Shown here one piece after another: positions 24,070 to 34,583 of a DNA stretch of 64,000 nucleotides (position 1 is the first letter of the stretch; every line of letters starts with the position of its first letter). The notes beneath the pieces were generated by a model. The model did not search any database. It was not told where the DNA came from and saw nothing but the letters and a program-made list of their open reading frames with translations. The DNA comes from Mobula hypostoma. Lineage: Eukaryota. Made by a program: the position numbers and the translations under genes. The DNA lies in the NCBI RefSeq assembly GCF_963921235.1, contig NC_086108.1, forward strand, positions 115,570,001 to 115,634,000. The letters are read 5' to 3'.

Positions 24070-25208
24070 TACTGAATGACCTTTCAATGTTGATTGGGAA
24101 AAACCATGGGCAGGGATAACGACAGAACATCTGGAAGCAATTCGGAAGGCACAGGATATGTACGTCCCAAAGAGGAAGAAGCACTCTGAAGGCAAGATGA
24201 CACAACTCTACCTAACAAGAGAAATCAAAGCCAACGTAAAACACAAAGAGAGGGCATATAATAGAGCAAAAATTAACGGGAAGTTAGAGGATTGAAAAAC
24301 TTTTAAAAATCAACAGAAGGCAACTAAAAAGTCTTTAAGAAGGAAAAGATGGAATATAAAAGAAAGCTAGTCAGTAATAATAAAGAGGAGACCAGAAGCT
24401 CCTTCAGATGCAAAGTGTAAAAGACAGGTGAGAGTGGATATCAGACTGCTGGAAAATGATGCTGGAGAGGTAGTAATGGGGGACAGGGAAATGGTAGATG
24501 AACTGAATTAGTATTTTGCATCAGACTTCACCATCGAAGAACACCAGCAGAATGGGGGGAGTTCTGAAGTGTCAGGGGTCAGGTGTGTGAAGTTGCCAAT
24601 GCTAGGGAGAAAGTTCCTGGGAAACAGAAAGGTCTGAAGGTAGATAAGTTACCTGGACCAGATGGTGTACCCTTCAGGGTTCTGAAAGAGGTGGCTGATG
24701 AGATTGTGGAGGCATTGGTAATGATCTTTCGAGAATCACTAGATTCTGGAATGTTTCTGGAAGAATAAAAATTTGTAAACGTCACTCCACTCTTCAAGAA
24801 AGTAGCGAAGCAGAAGAAAGGAAATTATAGATCAGTTACTCTGACCTCAGTGATTGTGAAGATGTTGGAGTCAATTGTGAAGGATGTGGTTTTGGGGTAC
24901 TTGGAGGCACATGATAAAATAGACTGTAGTCAGCATGGTTTCCTCAACGGAAAATCTTGCCTGACAGATCTAATGGAATTCTTTGAAGAAATAACAAGCA
25001 GGATAGACAAAGGAGAATTGGTTGATGCTGTATATTTGGACTTTCAGAAGACTTTTGATAAGTTAAGAGCCCATGGTATTATAGGAATGACGCTGGCATG
25101 GATAGAGCAGTGGCTGATTGACAGGAGGCAAAGAGTAGAAATGAAATAACGGGAGCTTTTTCTGGTTGGCTGCTGGCGACCAGTGGTGTTCCGTGGGGGC
25201 CTGTGTTG
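24070..25208 (+). mobile_element. Old CR1 (RT N-terminal half); resumes at ~27935 after the Gypsy insertion
   Basis: PGPDGVPFRVLKEVADEIVEAL, SQHGFLNGKSCLTDLMEFFEEIT, YLDFQKTFDK. Confidence 0.85.
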
Positions 25209-27765
25209 TGTTACAACCTCAGCCCTCAGGAAGTAACAAAAAGGAGTCAAGAGACAATGGGAATTATAAACAAAAGGTATTTATTAAATTAAAGTTGAGG
25301 TAAAGGGGAGAAGGGTGGTGTGGTAGTGCTGACAGCAGAATGGGAGAGAGAGAGAATGGAAGTGAGAGCGGCCTTGTTTTGAGTAGTCCCCAGCAGGTCC
25401 CGGCAATGGAAGGGGAATTGCAGGTGTCCCAGAGAACTGCAACAGAGACTACAGAGGAAAGACAGGCCAGGAAACGTACAGGACATAACACGCCCACCCT
25501 TAGAGTGGTTGTTCCGGGTCAACCTAATGGCAGGGATAAGGTGTAGGTGAGTCACAGGGATCGTTTGATTGGGCTTACGAACAACCTGACACCCCTGGCA
25601 TGACCTACATCCGGCCTCACACCAGCCAGAGGAAATGCCTAAGCACACAGTCAAGAGCTTTCCTGGTGCCTAAATGACCAGCATGACGATGATCACGAGT
25701 CAAACACAATATTGCCAGGCCAGTAAACAACAATTTGATAAACACTACTCCAATCATCCTGAATGGGCGTTTTGGAAGAGTCCAATTTCTTACTAACACC
25801 CCATTGCCAATAAAATAGCCACAGGAGGCCCTCGTACATCTGCTTCCTCTGAGGCCTCCTCTTCATACACAGGAGATGGGGAAAGGTCTCTTTTCTGTTC
25901 AAGCACCAGCTGCTCACGAGAGGGAAACACTTGGTCAAACCCTGTTAGATCTACCTCACCTTCGGTCATAAGAGTATGACAGAGGGCAATATCAGGGAGA
26001 TTGTCCCAGCTCTTGCCTTTGCTTTGATCTTTCTCAGACTTGCACGAGTAGTAACACAAACAGGAAAGGTGGCTAGGAAAGTCATTTCAAGCTCATCTGG
26101 GCCCTCCTGCACCAAAGGATTAGAGGTTACTTCGGGATTAGGTAGTACTCAACTACCTGCCAAATCGTTCCCTAGAATGAAAGACACGCCTTCAGTCGGG
26201 ACCAGGGAACTGATAGCAACACAACTTCACCCAGTAACCAAACCTGGTTGGAGACAAATGTTATGCAAAGGCATGGACAAAAAACATGCACCGAACCACA
26301 TGGCTGCCAGCGACGGTGGTGGAGGTGGATACGATAGGGTCTTTTAAGAGATTTTTGGATAGGTACATGGAGCTTGGAAAAATAGAGGGCTATAGGTAAG
26401 CCTAGTAATTTCTAAGGTAGCGACATGTTCGGCACAACTTTGTGGGCTGAAGGGCCTGTATTGCGCTGTAGGTTTTCTACGTTTCTCTGTTTCTAACCCT
26501 TTTACAAGTGCCTCTTTATCCAAAGCAGAATGGCAAAGCATCCTGGAAAATTGCACCCTGAGAAACTCCCGTGTCCCTCCAGGTCTCAGCGCGTTGCTTT
26601 GACCCAGAATCAGAGGCAAGAGAAATGAAACCATCCATCAAGAAGAAAAAAGAGCCAGCGAGCTCATGCTTCTTGCTTGAGACATTACTATCTGGAAACA
26701 GAGAGGGATTTGCTTCCGTTTTCCTGAAAGCTACAGGCTTTATGGATTTCTGCTTTTTGTTAGGCTCTGAGCATTTGGCAATTAGATGACCAGGCTTCTT
26801 GTCATAGAAACTCAGCTGTGGCATTCTCAGATGTAAAACTCTCAGGTAAGGGAGAGACAGGGGGTACTGGTTTTAAAATCATGCCTGATGGGATAGGCCT
26901 TTACCTCTGCACTCAGCTGACTGATTACTGCCAAAACTGACTTTGTGGGTTAAGACGTACTCATTCGCCAATATGGCAGCTTCCTTAAAGATTGATGACC
27001 TATGCACATTTATTAGACAAATACAACATCAGGCAGACAGCTCTTAAATTCTTCAAGCAAGATGATTTAACAACGTTGTTCTTTAGTTTCTACTTGTTGA
27101 GCTAAACAATGCCAGTGAAACACAAACGAGAGAAAATCTGCAGATGCTGGAAATCTGAGCAACACACACAAAATGCTGGGGGAACTCAGCAGGCCAGGCA
27201 GCATCTATTAAGGTAGCTGCTTTGACTTCATCATTATCAATGCTCTTTCCAGTGCTTGAGAAAAGTAGTCTTCCTCAGTCTTACCTTCCAGAACATTCTG
27301 CAAAAGCAGAGTCCAGGCATGCTTCAGTCAATTTGAAGTGGTAGCCTCCCGTTCAAAATGAGATTAGTATTTCTTGACATCCTTCTCTGCAAACTAACTT
27401 AATATGGTGGCACTAACTTAATATGGTTATCTACATCAAATACAGAAGGATCAGACTTACCAGCCTTCTGAAACTCTAATTCTTAAAAAAACACTCATGT
27501 TCTAAATACAGCTGGTGTTCCCTTAACAATCATTCCTTGTGCCTGTCCCCTAACTGCTTTTCTTTCAGCACGATCTCCTTTAGCCTCAACTCAATGGCAG
27601 CCTCTGACAAAGGCGTAGGTTAGGCACTGTGGGGATTGGACTAACCTCAAGAACCCCAGTGTCATGACCACTTTTAAAAGTTTTCAGTGCTGGTGAGCTC
27701 AGTTTTGTCATGAGAAGCCAGCTGCAAAAGTTGATCCTTATTAAACATCCCAAGAAGCTCCTCAG
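25209..27765 (-). mobile_element. Deleted Gmr1-like Gypsy LTR retrotransposon (Gag/SCAN-like, zinc knuckle, protease, integrase N-terminus, PPT, 3' LTR)
   Basis: 3' LTR 25490-25209 (TGTTATG...GTAACA) preceded by purine tract AAGGGTGGGCG; integrase HAGHLGTRKA..RHFLW and CRSCQGCQVVRKPNQ; protease WRDTGVSQ and EGVSFILGNDLAG; knuckle KKPGHLIAKC; LLEEFKSCLP. Possible decayed PBS at ~27747-27764. Confidence 0.8.
26306..26494 (+). mobile_element. Short CR1 3' end inserted in the Gypsy protease region
   Basis: VVEVDTIGSFKRFLDRYM, GGGCTGAAGGGCC hairpin and a TTTCT-repeat tail. Confidence 0.85.
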
Positions 27766-27934
27766 AAGGCTCTTTGATGGCCTCTTCAAAAGATGCTAGA
27801 TTTAAAAGTACTGACGAGACACAGAGGTCAGCACAAGCATATGAATGAGGTGTTTAATGCAAAGCAACACCAACCGAGTGTGTACACAACACACACACAG
27901 TACAGTGCACAGCTATCGATACACAGAAATACAG

Positions 27935-28650
27935 AATTGATGGATTCGTTGTAAGGTTTGCAGATGATGCAAAGATGCAGGTAGTTTCGAGGAAGTACAG
28001 AAGCTACGGAAGATTAGCAGAATGGGCAAAGAAGTGGCAGATGGAATGCAGTCTTGGGAAGTGCATAGTCATGCACTTTGATAGAAGAAATAATGGAGAG
28101 AAAATACAAAAATATGAGGCACAAAGGCACTTGAGAGTTCTTGTACAGGATTTCCTAAAGGTTAGTTTGTAAGGTGAGTCTGGTGGAAGGCAAATGAGAT
28201 GTTAGCATTTATTTTAATAGGACTAGAATATACAAGCAAGAATTTAATGTTGAGGTTTTATAAAGCACTGATGAGGCCTCACTTGGAGTATTGTGAGCAG
28301 GTTTGGGCTCCTTTTCTCAGAAAGGATGTGCTGACACTGGAGAGGATTGAACAGCTTGTCAGATGAAGAGCATTTGATGGTTCAGGGCCTGCATTCACAA
28401 GAATTCAGATGAATGAGGGGTGACCTCATTGAAAGCTATTGAATGGTAAAGTGCATATGGAGAGGATGTTTCCTGTGGTGGGAGAATCTAGGACCAGAGG
28501 ACCCAGCCTCAAAATAGAGGGGCGTCCTTTTGCAACGGAGATGAGGAGGAATTTCTTTAGCCAGAGAGTGGTGAATCGGTGGAATTCGCTGCCATGGGCA
28601 GCTGTGGAAGCCAAATCTTTACAAATATTTAAGGCAGAGGTTGTTAGGTG
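27935..28650 (+). mobile_element. Old CR1 C-terminal part
   Basis: FADDAK, WAKKWQMEC, RRNFFSQRVVNRWNSLP. Confidence 0.85.
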
Positions 28651-28675
28651 ATATTAAATCTGATTCTGATTCTGA

Positions 28676-29190
28676 TCATTCAGCCCATCGAGTCTGTTCT
28701 GCCAGTCTATCATGACTGGTGTTTTATTGCTGTCAGCACCATTCTCCTGCATTCTCTCCATAAAATCTGATGCCCTGACTAACCAAGAACCTATCAATTT
28801 CTGCTTTAAATATTTCCAGCGACTTGGCCTCCACAGTCATCTGTAAAATTAATTCCACCGAGTCACCACACTTCAGCTAAAGAAATACCTCCTCAGCTCT
28901 GTTCTAAAGCAACGTCCTTGTATTCTGACGCTGTGCTTTCTGGTCCATCATAGGAATCATCCTCTCCATATCCGTTTTACCTAAGCCTTTTAATATTCAG
29001 TAGGTTTCAATGAGATTCTCCCTCATTCTTCTAAACTCCAGTGAGTACAGACCCAGAGCTCCTGATACATTAAACCTTTCATTTTGGAAGCATTCTTGTG
29101 AACCACTCCAGTGCCAGCACCTATTTCCTTAGATAAGGGACCTAAGACTGTTTGCAATACTGTACTCCATTCGGTCTAACCAAAGCCATA
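28676..29190 (-). mobile_element. Old CR1 3' fragment
   Basis: Reverse complement of the CR1 C-terminus and 3' UTR (LGLYSLEFRRMRENLIET). Confidence 0.75.
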
Positions 29191-29839
29191 TAACGCCTTG
29201 GTATTACTTCCTTCAGATTGAAGGCCCGTATGTTCAGGATGGGCTGAACTCCCTCTCTGTGCTGTAGACACTCTGCAAGCATCAGGCCTGGAGTGAGCTC
29301 GGTTCGTAGCTGCTGATTCAGGAGTGGCACTGACACTGAGCAGATCATCGTCATTAAAACGTTAAATAGTATCTACCAGGAATAATGATCTGGGTGAAAT
29401 AATTACAGGAAGTCGATGAGGGGATAATGTAGTTTATGGATTTCAGTGCGATCGATAAAACGCTCAGGAGAACAGTCTCTGCCCCTTCAGACTCTCTTGT
29501 ATAAATTAGAGAGCGGAACCCTCGGTGAATCAGAATGAAGATCGCTGCTGGAATCTAATGAAGCCGTTCAGTGTCAGCACTGCGAACGAATCGGATGTAC
29601 TCTCACCGTTACTCGCGATCATTGTGATATTCATCAAGGCTCATTAGGGATAAATATTCTTGTACTTTGGCTAATACACAGTGAAGTGGTTGAGTTATTG
29701 AAGTGATGATCCATGAACAGTTCAGATCCCATCACTGGGGAATTTTAATTCAGTTTGTTAAATAAATCTGAAATAAAAATCTGGAGCCAGTGATGATCAC
29801 CGTGACACAGGTTGTCATTAGAAAGAAACCCATCTGCTC

Positions 29840-29950
29840 ACACACAAAATGCAGGCCAGGCAGCATCGATGGAGGAGAATAAACAATTGATGTTTCGGGC
29901 TGAGACCCTTCTTCAGAACTGGAAAGGAAGAGGGAAGATGCAAGAATAAC
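29840..29950 (-). mobile_element. Penelope pLTR fragment with minimal hammerhead motif
   Basis: Minus: CAGTT CTGAAGA AGGGTCTCAGCCC GAAAC ATC AATTG. Confidence 0.7.
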
Positions 29951-30559
29951 AAAGAAACAGGGCAGTAGAGATCACAGAAGGGAGCAGTGAGAAGTTCAGA
30001 AGTGTTTTCAGGGTAGGCATCCCTTGAAAAGACTTTGCACTGGAGCAGTAAATCATTAACACATCTTCTCAGGAATGCCATTACCCAGAGGGACTGAGAG
30101 TCAGCTTCAGCAACGTGAGCCACTCCAGCCTGGCCCTGTCTTGTCCAATCCAATCTCTGAATTCACACCACTCCACTACTTTCTCCAAATAACTCTCTTC
30201 TTCAACCCACTAGTTGTCACCAATATTCCAAGACTCCTCTCCACAAATTTCTGCGATAGAGACTTCTAAATATTCACAACTCTCCAAAAATTCTCCCTTC
30301 TCTCCATCCCAGCATGACCAGTTTCTCCTTACAATACATGGAACATCCTTGTGAGCAAACACATACAAAATAGTGCAGAAACTCATGAAGTCACGCAGCT
30401 TCTATAGAGGGGAGTAAACAGTCAATTGCTTATTGTCCTCTATAGATGCTGCCTGACCTGCTGAGTTCCTCCACTATTTTGTGCGTTCTTCTAAGATTTC
30501 AGCAGGAGCATGGAACCAGTATGATGGAGCTGAGGATGAGCCAACAGGTTTACAAGTAG

Positions 30560-33140
30560 ATGATGTAATATGTTATATGAACGTAAGGAAGGACAAGCCA
30601 ATGATTGGGTAAAAATGCAGACAGAGCAAAGAGTTAAATAGAGGAAAAATTGAAAAGGGCAAGATTGCAGGACTGCAGGTGCTGTATTTAAATGCGTGTA
30701 GCATTGGGAACAAGGTGGACAAACTCGTGGCACAATTAGAGATTGGTTGGTATGACATTGTGGGCATCACTGAGTCATGACTTACAGAAAGCCATTTTTG
30801 GAAGCTTAACATCAAAGGACATACTTTGTATTGAAAGGACAGGCAGGAAGACACAGGTGGTTGTGTGGCTCTGTTGGTAAGAGATGGAATTACATCTTTA
30901 GAAAGAGATGACATAGGGTCAGAGAATGGTGAATCTTTGTGGGTGAAGTTAAGAAACTGCAAGGATAGAAAAACCATCATGGAGCCTATATATGCCTCCA
31001 AATAGTAGCCAAGATGTGGGGTTGAGATTGCAAAAGGAGCTGGAAAAGTCATGTAACAATTGTAGTGGGGGACTTCAATATGCAAGAGGATTGAGAAAAC
31101 CAGGTTGGTGTTGGATCGCAAGAGAAGGAATTTGTTGAATGCCAAAGAGATGGCTTCTTTGAGCAACTTGTGCTTGAGCCTACTTGGGGAAATGTTGTCT
31201 TAGATTGGGGGTTGTGTAATAACCCAGATCTTATTATGGAGCTTAACATAAAGGAATCCTTAGGAGGCGGTGATCATAATGTGATTGAATTCATACTGCA
31301 ATTTGAGAGGGAGAAGCACAAGTCACATGTATCAGTGTCGCAACGGAATAAAGGGAACTACAGAGGCATGAGAGAGGAGCTTGTCCAGGTGGATTGGAGG
31401 AGGATACTGGTGAGGATGACAACAGAACAGAGGTGGCTGAAGTTTCTGGGAATAGTTCACTAGTCGCAGGATAGATATGTACCAAAAGAGAAGTTCTCAA
31501 ATGGCAGGGATAGGCAACTGTGGCTGACAAGGGAAGTTAAGGACTGCATAAAAGCCAAGGAAAGGGCATATAAGGTAGCAAAAGTGAGTAGGAAGTTGGA
31601 TGATTGGGAAACTTTTAAAATCCAAAAAAAGACAACTAAAACGCTATAAGAAGCGAAAAGATGAAATATGAAGGCAAACTAGCTAATAATATAAAGCAGG
31701 TTATAAAAGTTTTTTCAGTTATATAGAGAATAAACGGGAGGAGAGAGTTGATATCGGACCACTGGAAAATGATGCTGGTGAGGCAGTAATGGGGGCAAAG
31801 AAATGGCAGATGAACTTAACCAACACACATCAAAGTTGCTGGTGAACACAGCAGGCCAGGCAGCATGTCTAGGAAGAGGTACAGTCGACGTTTCAGGCCG
31901 AGGCCCTTCGTCAGGTTGTTTGCGATGAATTTAATGGGTACTTTGCAACAGTCACTAGATTATGCCAGAGGTCTGTGAGTGTCAGGGAGCAGGAGTGAGT
32001 GCCATTGCTATTACAAAGGAAAAGGTGCCAGGCAAACTCAATTTTAAATGTCACATCACTCTTTAAGAAGGGAGGAAGACAAAAGAGAGGAAATTATAGG
32101 CCAGTTAGCCTAACCTCAGTGGCCAGGAAGTGATGGAGTCCAATATTAAGGATGAAAATCTTGGGGTACTTAGAGACTAACAATAAAATAAGCCAAAGTC
32201 AGCATGGTTTCTGTAAAGAGAAATCTTGCCTGACAAATCTGTTAGAATTCTTCAAGGAAGTAACAAGCAGGGTGGACAAAGGAGAGGCAGTGGATGTCAT
32301 TTACTTGGATTTTCAGAAGGCATTTGATAAGGTGCCACACATGAGGCTGCTTAACAAGATAAAACGCTTTGGCATTTCAGGAAAGATATTGGCATTTATA
32401 GAGGAATGGCTGACTGGCAGGAGGCACTGAGTGGGAATAAAAGGAACTTTTTTCTGGTTGGCTGCCAGTGACCAGTGGTGTTTCTCGGGGAGCAGTATTG
32501 GGACCGCTGCTTTTCACATTGTTTTTCAATGATTTAGAGAGTGGAATTGATGGCTTTGTGGCAAAGTTTGCAGATGATACAAAGATAGGTGGAGGGGTAG
32601 GTAGTGCTGAGGAAGCAATGTGATTGCAGCAGGACTTAGACAAATTGGAAGAATGGGCAAAAAGTGGTAGATGGAATAGAGTGTTGGAAGATTAATAACA
32701 ATACATTTTGGTAAAGGAACAAAAGTGTCGACTATTATCTAAATGGGGAGAAGGTTCAAACATCAGAGGTGCAAAAGGACTTGGGAGTCCTCTGGCAAAA
32801 GTCCCAGAACGTTAATTTACAGGTTGAGTCTGTGGTAAAGAAGCCAAATGCAATGTTGGCATTTATTTCAAGAGGAATATAATATAAAAGCAAAGAGATA
32901 ATGCTGAGCCTTTATGAGACACTAGTTGGCTGAATGGCATAATTCTGCTCCTATATCTGGAGGATTGTCAACAGTTTTGGGCCCCATATCTCAGAAAGGA
33001 TGCATTGTCATTGAAGAGAGTCCAGAGGAGATTTGGGAGTATGATCCAGGAATGAAGGGATTAACATATCAGGAGCGTTTGGCAGCTTTGGGCCAGTACT
33101 CACTGGAATTTAGAAGAATGCATGGGAATCTCATTGAAGT
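30560..33140 (+). mobile_element. Old CR1, most of ORF2 (APE + RT), decayed
   Basis: LYLNACSIGNKVDKLVAQLEIGWYDIVGITES (APE start), [46 protein letters not shown]. Confidence 0.9.
31820..31923 (-). mobile_element. ~100-bp Penelope pLTR insertion with hammerhead core, inside CR1
   Basis: GATGAA(C/T)TTAA duplicated at 31809-31819 and 31924-31934. Minus strand reads CTGACGA AGGGCCTCGGCCT GAAAC GTC GACTG. Confidence 0.8.
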
Positions 33141-33294
33141 TGAACCCTGATTGGTGATGGCTGGTGCTGTAACATGATTGTGCTAACTGCATCATTACTA
33201 TGTTGCCCATACACAACGACTATCAATACCACGGACAATGGCCGTCTGAGATCGTTCACTGGCCCACAATGTTGCTTCTTCAGGTGGCATCTCA

Positions 33295-33517
<223 letters not shown>

Positions 33518-33559
33518 CTGACAGGAAAGGCTGATAGGACATAGACCTGTCAGTATTCC

Positions 33560-34290
33560 ACGAGATTCCCCATCATTCTCCTAAACTCCTAATCAGATTA
33601 TATCTCTCCAGATGCTCATAAATTCTGCCTCTCAGGATCTTCTCCAACAACTTGCCCACCTCTGAAGTAAGACTGACTGTTTATAATTTCCTGGGTTATC
33701 TCTATTCCCTTTCTTGAACGAGGGAACAACGTTTGCAATCTTCCAATCTTCCGGTACTTCTCCTGTCCCGATTGCTGATGCAAAGATTACCGCCAGAGGC
33801 TCAGCAATCTCCTCCCTCGCTTCCCATATAGTCTGGAGTATATCTTGTCTGGCCCCAGCGACTTATCTAACTTAATACCTTTTAAAAGCTGCAGGACATT
33901 CTCTTTCTTAATATCTGTACACTCAAACCTTTCAGTCTGCTGTAAGTCATCCCCACAATTGCCAAAGTCCCTTTCACTGGTGAATATTGAAGCAAAGTAT
34001 TCACTAAGTACATCTGTTACCTCCTCTGGCTCGATGCACGAATTTCAACTATCAAAACTGATTGGTCTTATTCTCACACGGCTCATCCTCTTGCTCTTCA
34101 CATATTTGTAGAATGTCTTGGGGTTTTCCTAATTCTGCTTGCTAAGGCCTTTTCAGGACCCCTTCCAGGTCTACAGTACTAATTTCATTCTTGAGCTCCT
34201 TCTTGGCACTCTTGTAAATTTCTAGAGCTCTAACAGTACCTACTACCTTAAACCTTTTGTAAGCTTTTCTGGTCTTCTAAACTAGATATC
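33560..34290 (-). mobile_element. Old CR1 fragment (linker and RT start)
   Basis: Reverse complement gives DKSLGPDKI..., VVPSFKKGNRDNPGNYKQSVLL..VGKLLEKILR. Confidence 0.8.
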
Positions 34291-34387
34291 CTAAAGGCCC
34301 AGAATCACTCTCGTGGACCTAAAGGTGAGAGAGGAGACTCTGGTCAGCAAACAGTCAACATCAACTACGTATGTTTCAATAAATTCG

Positions 34388-34480
34388 AGCTGCAGCAGGT
34401 AGTGCTCTCAGACCAAGAGAGCCGGATTCAGTTGAGTCTTCCAGCACTGTGTGGAGTTTGCACACTCGCCCTGTGACTGT
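34388..34480 (+). mobile_element. Decayed tRNA-derived V-SINE head leading into the satellite
   Basis: GCAGCAGGTAGTGCTCTCAGACCAAGAGAGCCGGATTCAGTTGA...CACTGTGTGGAGTTTGCA is colinear with the recalled V-SINE/HE1 head (GCAGCNGGTAG...CCAGAGACCCGGGTTCGAT...TGTGTGGAGTTTGCA). Boxes are degenerate. Confidence 0.55.
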
Positions 34481-34583
34481 GCGGAGTTTACACGTTCTCA
34501 CTGTGACTGTATGGAGTTCACACGTTCTCACTGTGACCTTGTGGAGTTTACACATTCTCTCTGTGACCGTGTGGAGTTCACAC

